From Vicugna vicugna (Eukaryota): DNA of 64,000 bases. A model generated the notes under the pieces. The model searched no databases. It was not told the DNA's origin and was given only the letters and a program-made list of their open reading frames with translations. Within the stretch, counting starts at the first letter, position 1; the number at the start of each line of letters is the position of its first letter. Shown piece by piece: positions 12,073 through 23,435 of this stretch. The position numbers were made by a program, and so were the translations under genes. The DNA lies in NCBI GenBank assembly GCA_013265495.1, contig MU058482.1, positions 344,962-408,961 on the forward strand, given 5' to 3'.

Positions 12073-12948
12073 CTGGGGCAAAAAGAAAGTTGCTCTGGGA
12101 ATGTTCATATCCCAGCAGGAGTGGCCTCAAGATACCAGCAACCCCAGCATTCCCTAGTGGATGTCTCAAGAATGGCTTTGATTTACAGCATGTTGCCTTT
12201 GCTCTATAAACTGACCTTGTTTTTCACCCTAGCATTTCTCAGGGAGTATCATTTCCCTGTTAGTGAGGCTTTTCCACTCTGGGAGACTATAATTCATCAC
12301 TGGAGCCTTAATTTTCCCAAGGTTCGAATTCAACCTTGGCTCTAAGTGAAGTGCCACCTTTCTCAGCTGCCTTTACTTTCTAAGCTGTTCGGGTGCTTTT
12401 TTATGATGAAATATTTCTCGTTTTGCACCTAGCCAACTGAGATGTTAACTCTGGAAGTTAAATGTGCATTTTTCTGGTGAACACTTCTGGTGAGGAACAA
12501 CTGTGGCTGGTCTTGATGGGAACTCTGCATCTGTGACTCTTAATCACGGACATTCACCCAGCTTCACCGGTACTCCACTCACAGGGGTGCAAATATTTGA
12601 TAATACTGGTGAAGATTTGCAACCACTTTGTTATATCTCAGCAATTCCCACAGGCTAGAGGACTATTCCTAGGAATTTTTCATTAAAATGCTATCATTTT
12701 CTCTAGCAATAGGCTGAAAAATATTATTCCAAATATTTCTCAACTCAGGTTTCATACTTCAATTTTTATGAAAACAGTGTAATGAGTATCTTCTGATAAT
12801 AGTAATAATATCATTTGTCTTAGTAAAAATTATATAACATAATAAATTTGAGTTGTCTAAATTCTAGTGTTACTTGAAGATGAAGATTTCTTTGGGTTTC
12901 ATTACTCTGATTACTAAACAACAGATTTAAGGAATCTTTATTAAGTAC

Positions 12949-12972
12949 CTTCTGCAGCAGAGTATCATAAGC
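12949..12972 (-). CDS. RPGRIP1: RPGRIP1 coding exon 7, 24-nt microexon AYDTLLQK
   Basis: ctttcttccAG|GCTTATGATACTCTGCTGCAGAAG|GTACTT; human peptide recalled as AYETLLQK; phase 0->0. Confidence 0.9.
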
Positions 12973-13939
12973 CTGGAAGAAAGAAAGACGTATTATTCTA
13001 TTGATGTATCAACTTGATGTTTATTTTGTTTATTTCCATAATACAAATTTTTTAATATTTATTTTAAAAGACGTTGTAAAAATTTTTGTAAATTACATCA
13101 ATTCGTGTACCTGTTTACTAATTGCTATTCCTTTACTCCTGCCCTAGCTTGCCAGGCAGTCTGTGAACGTAATAGATCATACCATTTCTTTGAAAAGAAT
13201 GGAATCATTTTGTCATTTCTGAGAAGCTGAAAATTTCAGAAAAGTATAAGGACTATCATAGCAGTCATCTATAATGCTGCTATCCCAAATTAATAATTAT
13301 TAGTGCTTTATATAATAGTTTTTCAAAAGTATTATTTTTTTTTACTAAAATGTATTTCAAAACATTTCAGATGTTAAGAAAAGGCAAAGTAGTATCTTTG
13401 GGCAAAAAAAAATGGCCTTGTCATCAACTTGCTTAAAACTTTTCTGTGGCTCTCTGCTGTCTATGGGATAAAGTCTAAACTCCTGATAAGGCCTCCATGA
13501 CCTTGTCCCTGATGTTTCTCACCTCTGTGACTTGGCCTACATGGTTTCTCCCGTGGAAAGCCCTTCCCTCTCTTACAAACTCACTAACACCTGCTAAACT
13601 CAGTATTCCAGGATTTGGCTCATGAATAAAATCCTTTATGAATCCTCTTCAGATCCTGCACCCCATCTGCTAGTGGATCTGACTACTCTCTCTTTTGTGT
13701 CCCTCCCCTACTCCCACCCCATACCCTGTTTGTGGATGACTGGACTTGGTTGCATCTTGTCTTCTCCTGTAAGTTCCTTGAAGGCAGGAGCTATCTTATC
13801 TTTTTAATCTTTGTATCCTTGTACTCTGCACAGTTCCTGGAAGTCAATAAATATTTATTCAATAAAAGAATGGTGCCCATCTATTATTTAGACCTTTGAT
13901 GCCATATCTCTATCATTCAGATATGAGTGTCTATTGTGT

Positions 13940-14165
13940 GGTAATGAGAAGAGTATGAGCCTTGGTGCCAGATAAACCTGGACTCATGTCCTGCTCTGCC
14001 TCTTACTCTTTTTATAACTTGAGCAAGTTATTTAACTTGTTCAAGGCTCAGTTCCCTCATCCATTAAACATACTTACCTTGGGGTCGTTGTTGGGCTTAA
14101 ATGAGATCATGACTATGAGTATCTAGGACAGAGTCCACCATGTAGAAAGGGCTCAGTAACCTGGT
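13940..14165 (+). mobile_element. MIR SINE (similar MIR relics near 11700-11850, 18790-19000, 20040-20230, 32110-32340, 38920-39120)
   Basis: MIR core ttgagcaagttatttaac..ctcagttccctcatc. Confidence 0.7.
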
Positions 14166-14600
14166 TTCTCTCCCCTTCCCATGACTGCTCTTGACTTCCC
14201 AGCTTAATTAAACTCTGTGGTCTTTGGCTGGGACCCTAACCTGAACAAGTTAACCCCGCTTAATTCCACCTCAGCGGGCAGGACTCGAGCCTGCTTCCAA
14301 ACAGAGGGATAATGGGAAGTACTGGAAAAGGAATGTACTCTGAGTTGTAAGGCTTGGATTTGAACACCACCTATAGATTGTGTGACTACAGACAAGTAAC
14401 TTAGTTTCTCTCAACTGTGGTCTCCTGCGTGTAAAATGGAGAAAATAACACTGATCTCTGTTTTTAAATTGTTATTTCCTATTGGAGTTTTGTCAATTTA
14501 CAGTGTTAGTTTCAGGTGTACAGCAAAGCGATTCAGTTACTAATCTTTTAACTAATTGGTTTTTCCCCCTAAAAAAGAACAACTGATGATAGCAACTCAC

Positions 14601-14706
14601 CGCCTGAACTTCCGTTAATTGTGCTTTTGTCGCTGCCAAACAGGTATTCCTTTCACGTAAGAGCTTCTGAAGTTGTATCAGCTGTATATTCTCCTTAATG
14701 GAAGCT
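14601..14706 (-). CDS. RPGRIP1: RPGRIP1 coding exon 6 (ASIKENIQLIQLQKLLRERN...EVQA), 106 nt
   Basis: ORF 14493..14792 matches; CAG acceptor, GTGAG donor; phase 2->0. Confidence 0.94.
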
Positions 14707-15039
14707 CTGGAGAAAGGAGACAGTGCTAAAACATTGTCTGTGAATGGACAGAGTAAATTACTTTCCCCCCTCTGGATATGGACAGGGGACATAAAAGAAG
14801 ATTATTATTTCTGAAACCAGGAGATCATGTTTTCTTTACATCTGCAAGGTACTGGGAAGGATTTGGGCTCACCAGACTGTCTCAGTGATCCCCTAGTCCT
14901 AGCTGCTTATTACAACCATCTGAAGAGATCTTTAAAATTACACTGCCTCAACTCTACCCCCAAATAACTGAAAGGGAGCCTCTGGGGTAGGGCCCAGTCA
15001 TTTGTGGTTTTAAAGGCCTCCAGGTTGAAAACTTCTGTC

Positions 15040-15888
15040 CAGACAAAATATGTGCACATGGATGTTTATAGCAGTTTCATTCATAATTGCCAAAACTTGG
15101 AAGCTACCAAGATGTTCTTCAGTAAATGAATGCATAAACTAACTGTGGTACATCCAGACAATGGAATGTTATTTAGTGCTAAAGAGAAATGAGCTAGGGT
15201 GAGAGTATAGCTCAGTGGTAGAGCATGTGCTTAGCATGCATGAGGTCATGGGTTCAATCCCCAGTACCTCTATTTAAATAAACAAACAAACAAACCTAGT
15301 TACCTCCCCCCACCAGAAAAAATAAAGTGATGGTCTCAGTCTTTTTAAAATTGAAAAAAAAATTTTTTTAAAGAAATGAGCTATCAAGCTATGAAAAGAC
15401 ATGGAGGAAATTTAAATGCATATTGCTAAGTCAAAAAAGCCAATCTGAAAAGGGTATATGCTGTATGATCCCAATTATATGACATTCTGGAAAAGGCAAG
15501 ACTATGAAGACAGTAAGATCAGTGGTGCCAGGGGTTACGGAGTAGGGAGGGATGAATAGGCAAAGCACAGAGGATTTTTAGGGCAGTGAAACTGTTCTGT
15601 GTGATACTCTAATGATGGATACTTGTCATTATACATTTGTCCAAACCCATAGAATGGACAACACCAAGAGTGAACCCTAAGGTAAACTATGGACTTTGTG
15701 TGATTATGATGTGTCAGTGTAGGTTCATCCATTATAATAAATGTACCACCCTGGCAGGGTATGTTGGCAGTGGCGGAGGCTGTATGGGGGGAGGGGGCAG
15801 GACTAGTATATGGGAAATCTCTGTACTTTTACGCTCAATTTTGTTGTGAACCTAAACTAGTCTAAAAAATAAAGTCTGTTTTTTAAAA
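15040..15888 (+). mobile_element. Old L1 3' end (ORF2 end + 3' UTR), interrupted by a SINE
   Basis: gcagtttcattcataattgccaaaacttggaag..aactgtggtacatccagacaatggaa L1 motifs; ends aataaa. Confidence 0.85.
15197..15371 (+). mobile_element. Camelid tRNA-derived SINE (Vic-1 type) inserted in an L1 3' end
   Basis: A box TAGCTCAGTGG, B box GGTTCAATCC; TSD agaaatgagcta at 15185-15196 and 15372-15383. Confidence 0.9.
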
Positions 15889-16176
15889 AGTTCTCCAAGG
15901 ACTGATACACAGTGGGGGCGGAGATCCCCTATCTGGTGATAAGGATGACAGTTGTGTTTTTTTTAATCCTATGAAGTGAAGCAGCAAATCTTCTATTCTA
16001 CATAAGCATCCCCTTTAGGTTAATCTATTTCTTAACCCACTTGGTACTTCAGGTCTACTTCTCAGATTGAATTCAATCCCAAGCATTCTCTTTTTCTCTG
16101 AGACGGAGGACAGGTTCAAGCAAGAATCTCTTTTCCAGTTTGTTACGACTCGAGGTATGGAATGCCACACTCTTAC

Positions 16177-16308
16177 CGAAGCTCTGTGGCCTTCTGAGCA
16201 CACTCCAAAGAGCTCCTCTGTTCACAGTTTTCATCTTTGGACCACATTTTCTCAGGAGACTTGAGTGGTTCTTCCACTTCCATAGTACTGCTGGTCATAA
16301 TGTGGGCA
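16177..16308 (-). CDS. RPGRIP1: RPGRIP1 coding exon 5 ([27 protein letters not shown]...ATELR), 132 nt
   Basis: Hand translation; cctaacAG acceptor is the only nearby frame-preserving one; GTAAG donor; phase 2->2. Confidence 0.88.
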
Positions 16309-16820
16309 CTGTTAGGCATGTGACTTTATGACTGTTAGACCAATGACTTTAGCCATAATTATGACTTTGCTAAAAGAAATTATACTGTTAGAATTAGGAA
16401 CAAAAAGAAGAAATAGAAACTGCCGTTATAGGAGTTTAGAACTGGGCACTCACATATATAAAAAGAAGGTAGAGGAGTGAGTAATCTTGGCATACGTGGA
16501 GGATAATCTTACAAAATATAGCTTTCAATTATCAAACAGAAATATAAGTGAATTACGATCTAAGGGGGGAAATAAAAAGGGAAAGAGAGGGAATATCTTC
16601 AGTTAAGGAAAGGGCCTTTATTTTCCTTTCCTTGGAAGACAGAGAGATGCTATTTTCCATTTTTAAGCAATGAAGTTAGAATTTGACCTAGGGTTGACTT
16701 TCATCTTCTCTGAGTATGCTGGAAAGACTCACAAATGCCAATATTCACTTGTTCCCTAAATGATGTTTTTCCAATTAAAGCTGAAAGAGTAATAGCACAG
16801 GATAAAGGAAAAGAACTCAC

Positions 16821-16920
16821 AGTTCGCTGGGTTCACTGGCTATTTCACCTCTGGCTTTTTCACTTGTCACATGTTCCTTGAATGTGGGAGGGGCTGTGTA
16901 GCTCAGCCGGTCCCTTGACT
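16821..16920 (-). CDS. RPGRIP1: RPGRIP1 coding exon 4 ([33 protein letters not shown]), 100 nt
   Basis: [10 protein letters not shown] motif; CAG acceptor, GTGAGT donor; phase 1->2. Confidence 0.93.
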
Positions 16921-18047
16921 CTGAAAGTTTAGACAGAAGATGCAGACTCTGGCAACAGATTTCTCCAGAGCATCAAGCACTAGAAATGGAACACCAAGTG
17001 CTGGAAGTAGGCGGAAATCCTTATATGACCAATGATCAGAGGAGAGGTTCTCAGTCTTTACTCCTGCATAGATATGCAACTGCAGGTCTAATAATTCAGC
17101 AGCAGTACAGACTCTTAAGTGAGTATAAATGGGAAGAAGAAAGAGCAGGGACTTTGTGTCTATGCATCTTTATCTCTAGTGCCTGGTATATAACTGGTAT
17201 TCAATAACGCTGACGTTAAACTGAATTGAAATTTAGACTTACTTAGTTTTCCTACTTTTAGTTGTTTTCACAAGGGTTTGGTTGGCTCAAGTAGGGAGCT
17301 TGAAAACACAGGACCATACTGAACAAAACTTAACTTTGAATCCCCAGGATAAAGACATCCCATGCCCACAGACGTAAAGCAGGGATGAGTAGGCCAGGTG
17401 AAGGAAATATACACACAGATTTGTATTGAATTCAATGTTGAGTTCCACAGCAGCCAGAGACTCCTAGTCAGGGACTTAGCCGCTTGGAATACAGGAAGAG
17501 AAGAAACTGCAACTCCTCACTTAATAGCCTGGACTTCAGGAATGGACTTTGGGAATCTGAATCCATGGAACTGTATGCAAAGTTTTGTCTACAGGTACCC
17601 ATATTTTTCTTGGGAGGAAGCCTAGCTTTGATCATGGTTTCAAAGGAGTCCACTTCCCCAAAAAAGCAAAGAATCCCAGTTTTAGAGGCATGGCCACTTA
17701 GCCCAGAGTCCCAGAGTCCCAGGAAAGGGACCTGTCTTAAGACCACTGCCTCTTACACCTGAGCAGGTCATCAAAGTTATCTCTGCTTTCTAGACCCTTC
17801 AGAACTTGATCAGTGAAGTTCAATTTCCACTGTCTGATTCTCATCTCAGCAGTACTTCACAGTGAACTGAGAATTTCGAACCTGACATCCTACTCAGAAA
17901 AAAAGATTTTAGGGAGGTAGAAAGGAATGAGAACAAAAGAACGAAGTGGGGTAGTGGACGGAATGAAGCAGTGAGGAGGAAATGTGGCTGGCAAACCAAC
18001 CCTTCCCAGTGTTTTTGCCCTGTCGGGGACTTGGTCCTGAGCCTCAC

Positions 18048-18322
18048 CCCTCTTGGGTTTCTCGGCCCCCGGCGCCCCTGCGGTGTGGAGCTGTCTGTGT
18101 CCCACGTGGACGCGAGGCTGGGTGCGGCGGGGAGCAGGGGGGCCCAAGCGCTGCAGCTGCAGTTGCAGCCCGTGCACGGGAGGGCGCTGATGCTTGGCGG
18201 GGCGCTGCCGCCACCCCGCGTTCCGCCGCCGCCTAGCGGGCTCCCGGAGCTGCTCCGCCGTTGCTACCTCGGGCCTCAGGTCCCGGCCTGCCGCGGTGAG
18301 CCGGAGCAAGGCTGTCCTCATC
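18048..18322 (-). CDS. RPGRIP1: RPGRIP1 coding exon 3 ([16 protein letters not shown]...EKPKR), 275 nt, CpG-rich
   Basis: ORF 17890..18336; [12 protein letters not shown] and [11 protein letters not shown] motifs; TAG acceptor, GTGAG donor; phase 2->1. Confidence 0.94.
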
Positions 18323-19409
18323 CTACGGGCAAACATAGAGCTGGTGGCACGTGCCTTCTCCTATGACAGTTATTATTTACACAGTTTATTTGGTGGCAAA
18401 TAACCCGAACTGATCTCTAATGTAAATTTATGTACTGTTCATTGTGCAGTGATCACACACTCATCTTGGTAAAAAATAGGGCACGCCTCAATATATTTGT
18501 GTCTTTATGTTTACATTATATACAGTTACTTCTATACTGATAAATTATGGTCATTATAAAACATAAAAATGCTAATTTTTAAAAGAAAGATAATTAAATA
18601 TAAGTAGAAATTTTAATATTTACTTCTCCCATTCCAACTGTTCTTACATTCCTGTGTATGAGCCCACTTTCAGGATTATTTCTCTCCAGCCCCCCTGGAT
18701 ACACACAGCCTTACCTACAGTGGATAGTCAATCATTATTTATCATCTTGACCTAAAGTCATACTTTTAACCATTACCATCAAATTCTGCAGTCCCACTGC
18801 CTGCCAGTTCTGACATTTACTGCCTATGCGGCCTGAGCCATGTCATTAGCCTTTTGTGCTCAGTTTTCTCATCTTTAAATAAAGATAAAAATACTACCTG
18901 CCTCATTGGATTGTTAAAAGTATTAAGTAAGTTAATATATATAAAGGGCTTAGAGCAATGATGGTGCAATGCAAGCAATGTAGGAGTTAGCTAGTATTAT
19001 TACAGATAATTATACCCAGATAAAGAAATCAAAGCATAAAACAGCTAGGGTAACTTGCCCAAAATCAGAGGGGATAGAATCCAATTTAGCCACCTAATAT
19101 CTAATAATCTCAAATACTTTTTGGTTATCAACCAAGAAGCCAGAGTTTTTGGCCCATGCAACTATCTGTCTTCACTGGATTCTCACGTTCTCCACAATAT
19201 AAAAGAATCTCCAACTCTAAAGAGTGTTGGCATGTGTGCTGGAAGCCTGCAATCCTGCAAAGTCTAAATGAAACTCTGAACCATTCCTGGGAATTACCAA
19301 TGAGAAAGCACAAAGCTGCTTTTGACCTCAGGGAATTGGTCTGACATAGCTAGTCCTCAGTGTTGCTGGAAGGTGGCCTGGTGCTCACAGCTAGGCCATG
19401 TTATCCTTC

Positions 19410-19884
19410 TGTAGGACGTAATCTCATGGAACAGCAGCATCACACAATGTCACACTGAGACCATGATCGAGTGATACAAAACAAGGCTGCTGCGTACTTT
19501 TGTCTCAGCACTGAAAAAATGTCTCCGTGCCACCCACAAAATACCAAACATACACCTCTCCTGGCTAATATGAGTGACTGTTTCTTCTTTCCCAATTACA
19601 AATTTAGCCTCACTCTAGTCTCTCCTTCCTGTAGATAAGATTTGAGATATCCAAGCATAGAATTGCCCCTGCTTTCTGATAGCACCAAATCTGGAGCAAA
19701 CTCCTGTTACCTTGGACCTTCCCCCAAGTCACCCAACTAAAGCACAAATCCTATAAATACGCTCTTTCTAATACATTCTCACTGAGATGCCGATGGTGTG
19801 CATTTTTTTCTAGCTGCAAAAGTAATAACCCAACTTGCCCAATTAGGTGTGTTTCTGGTGGTCTTTGGCTGGAAGGCATTGACA
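19410..19884 (+). mobile_element. Probable ERV solo LTR (family uncertain)
   Basis: TG...CA ends, internal tataaa, terminal ggtctttggctggaaggcattgaca; imperfect flanking cttc/ctta. Confidence 0.6.
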
Positions 19885-20616
19885 CTTATATCTTCAAAAC
19901 GTATCCTAGAGATTAACCCCAGGCTTTTCGGAACTCTTATGCTCTCTGTTTATCTACACACACCCCATCTCAGATTCCTTTCCAGGTTTGCACCCAAAAG
20001 ATACACTTTTGAAAGCCAATACCCTAAAGTCACTGTATATGGTATATTTTGGAGTTAAGAGCTTTCGGCTCTGCCACTCCCTAGCTATGCCCTTGGACAA
20101 GTTACTTAACCTCTTTGTGCTTCCTTTTCCTCTTAATAATGCTTCTTTCACAGTATTAAGTGAATTAATATTATTTATAATATTAAGTTATAAAGCACAT
20201 ATAACATGCCTGCATATAGTAAATGATCAATATGATTTTTGGTTTGGTTTTGCAAATAAAAACCCCTTCTCTTATTTGCACCTGCAGCCTTTATTCCCCT
20301 GAGATTTTGGCTATTCCCCTGTCCCCATTCTCTCTTTTGTGACCAGGGCAAAAACCTTCCCAGTCTCTTGCTCTCTGGATTGGAATAACTGATCATGTTT
20401 TGTGGACTGTGGCCACAGTCGATTGATGTGTTTGGCAAGAAAACAGAATAAAGCAATACCGCTTCAAAAATTATTTTTGGAGTTAACCATCCTTGACATT
20501 TGAACTGTTTTCTGGTATAGACATTTCAGGAAAATGTATTCTTTTTGGTTTCTTGTGGTGTAGGCCTGGTGTAGATACAGATTTTCAAGACTTAAGGAGA
20601 ACTCTAGGTACCTTTT

Positions 20617-20787
20617 TTTTTCCTTTTCAGCTTGTATTCATTATAAACTATATCTGTCAGCATACCTCTGCAAACATCTTTATGTTCATGTAGTTCTTTC
20701 AGTCCTAGAAGTAGAGTTTCCGGCTTACAGGGTTCCAGGGTTTTTTGGGTGTTTGGGATTAGCAGATACAAACTATTACATACAGAA
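20617..20787 (-). mobile_element. Short L1-mediated insertion (inverted L1 3' fragment + probable transduced sequence + poly-A) at the RPGRIP1 exon 2 donor
   Basis: 12-bp TSD taggtacctttt at 20605-20616 and 20788-20799; poly-T next to the left TSD; tttgggattagcagatacaaacta L1 3' UTR piece. Confidence 0.8.
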
Positions 20788-20794
20788 TAGGTAC

Positions 20795-20927
20795 CTTTTG
20801 ATCTCATCCTGTTGCTTCCAAAAAAGCTCCTTCACCAAAATGTGCTCATCACGAAGACGAAATAAACTGTCTTCCAGTTCTTCCCGGCTCATCCGGCTCA
20901 AGGGCAGTTGAGTTTTTACATTCTTAC
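20795..20927 (-). CDS. RPGRIP1: RPGRIP1 coding exon 2 ([44 protein letters not shown]), 133 nt
   Basis: Hand translation matches RPGRIP1 N-terminus; TAG acceptor, AG|GTACC donor; phase 1->2. Confidence 0.94.
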
Positions 20928-21594
20928 CTAAAGTCCCAGGAGAGGGTAAATAGAGATTATTTTTACATTTAATTTTTTTTAACCTTTCACATCTCTTATC
21001 ACATCTTGCCCAGAGAGCTTGAATCTATTTTAAGTCATGTGTTTAAGAGGAAATTCAGGAAGTATATGAAATGTGTACTAATGGACCTCTTTATCATTCC
21101 ATGTCACTCCTGGATATGGAAAATCATTCCATGTCATTCCAGCATATGACTCAACCTCCTGTCTGTAAAGTATATTCCCTTTATAAAAATAGCAAATAGG
21201 ACTTTTAGTCTACTTATTTTTTATTTTTAATCCACTCTTTTATTTTTCCTCCTCATTACGTAACTTGGACCTAGACAAGGATTGTGCCCACAACTGTCTT
21301 CAAATCCTCAGTAAGAGAAAGGATAGAAAACTTTCTTGATTATTGAGTCATCACCTTTGTTTTTGTAGTGTGGAGAAATTGTCCCCAAAATTGCCTCCTT
21401 GGAATAGAGCCTCTGCTTCATCTAAGCAGAGGAAACTACAGTACATTGTTAAGTGTGTGAGTGTTCACTAGCCTAAACCATCTCCGATCCCATGAAAACC
21501 ATCCAGAGCTCAAAATACAACTCCTCCTCTGGAATAAAGAGAGCTCAGAACCACTGTCACCTCTCTAATCTACCCTTTGGAAATGATAAAATGT

Positions 21595-22605
21595 AAGTTT
21601 AAAAAAAAACAACTTTATTGAAGTATAATTGCCATGTATTACATTGAACATATATAAAGTGTAAATTTTTATTAATTTTGACAAATATATATATATATAT
21701 ACTTGTGAAACCATCTGCACAATTAGAATAATGAACATATCCATTATTGCCAGGTTTCCTTGTGCCCTGTTGTAATCCATTCCTCTCCACCCCATCCTAA
21801 CCCCAACCCCCCCACCTTTCTTCCCAGGCAAACACTGATATATATGTTTTATGTCACTTTAGTTTCCATTTTCTAGAATTTTATATAAATCGAATCACTT
21901 ATTATATACCCAGAGTTGGGGGTTTTTTTGGTGTGTGTGTCTGACTTTTTTTCACTCAGCATAATTATTCTGAGATTTATCCATGGTGTTTTATATATCA
22001 GTAGTTCCTTTTGATTGCTGGTAGAATTCTGAATAAACTATAATTTATTTATCCATTTACTGTTGATGGACATTTGGATTATTTCCACTTTTGGCTATTA
22101 CAAATAGAGCTACTATGAATATCTGTGTATAGGTCTTTGTGTGGCATGTTTTCATTTCTCTGGATATATACGTAGGAGTGATACAGTTGGATCATGAGGT
22201 AAGTATATGTTTAACTTTTAAAAAATCATAAATTGTTTTCCAAAGTGATTATACCATTTTATATTCCCACTAGCAGTGAATGAGAGTTCTAGTTCCTATA
22301 CATCCTCATCAACACTTAGTCTTTTTAATTTTAGCCAACCTAGTGGGTAAATAGTCATTTTAAGTATATTAATTTACATTATTAATTTACATTTTCTTAA
22401 TGGCTAATGATACTGAACATTTTGTGTGTGCTTATGTGCCATCTGTATATCTACTTAAATTTAAGTGTGTGTTTAAGTCTTTTGCTCATTTTTTATTGTT
22501 GGATTTTTAAAAATCTTTTTTTTTTGTTGAGTTGTTTGTAAATTTTAAACATAAGTCATTTGTTGGATATACGTTTTGCAGGGGTTTTTTCTCCTGGTCT
22601 GTGTC
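21595..22605 (-). mobile_element. Old L1 (L1M-type) 3' fragment
   Basis: aactttattgaagtataatt start, ttcactcagcataat, gatggacatttgg L1 3' motifs. Confidence 0.85.
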
Positions 22606-23435
22606 TTGCATTGGTCCTTCCAGGCAAGAAGCCTCCCTACTCTCTAATTTCGAAGGATCTCTTTATGTCAGGATTAAGAATGAGAGAGGATGAAAATAGA
22701 GCAGGTAACAGCAGGTATAATCATTACAGCTTAAAATCATGTATATGAAGGAGAAATCTTGAGGTGAGGCGAATTCATGGAAGTCAAGGATTTGGCTAGT
22801 CTCTGATTCTATTCCTTCCTCCAGGGAATCATTAACTCGTTAGGCCCAGATTAAGTCAACTATGTCTCGATATCTTCCTTCTTATGAGGCTAAGATTTTC
22901 CACACAATGATTTTCTGTGAATGGTCTTCTCTGATTAAATGATAGTGAAAGATTGTCTCTTCAGTTAATGACAGTCTTCCCCAATAGAGAATATTATCTA
23001 AAGGAGTTTGGATTTCTATCTACACAATCTATTTGGTCTCAAGAAAACCAGCAGGAGCCCAGCAATTCCTAATTAAGGCAAGTCATCCCCTTCCTCCTTT
23101 CTTCCAATCACCACTCTCTCCCCTGCCCCAATCAGTCCCTGCGGACAAATGATTTAACCTTTTGAAACCAAGTAAAACTCTCAGGCCTTGACCAAGTGTT
23201 TGGCTTCCCTTCTGGAGACCTCTTTTTCCTCACCTATCTCACATGAATCAACTAGCTATGGCTCAGCTAGACAGGTTAGTTGTAATTGCCACTAGAGTTT
23301 ATTCATTGCCATATGTTATAACATCTTCTAATTATTTTGTTCCTAAAAGAATGGTAATAAATAATGTCTCTTTCCTTTTTTTGTTTATTTTCTTGTGATT
23401 TTTTTAATTATAAGTTTTTATTCTGAAATAATTTC

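Noticed and set aside
11728..12345. 205-aa plus-strand ORF
   Set aside because: Starts at TTG inside a MIR and is an antisense shadow of RPGRIP1 exon 8; no recognisable protein
15197..15270. tRNA gene-like sequences (also near 31525, 33440, 34910, 35640, 55290, 56080, 63135)
   Set aside because: Each has an A-rich tail, usually TSDs, and divergent stems; they are tRNA-derived SINEs, not tRNA genes
20604..20807. 67-aa ORF spanning the retro-insertion
   Set aside because: Open in a different frame from RPGRIP1; the RPGRIP1 frame stops after five added codons
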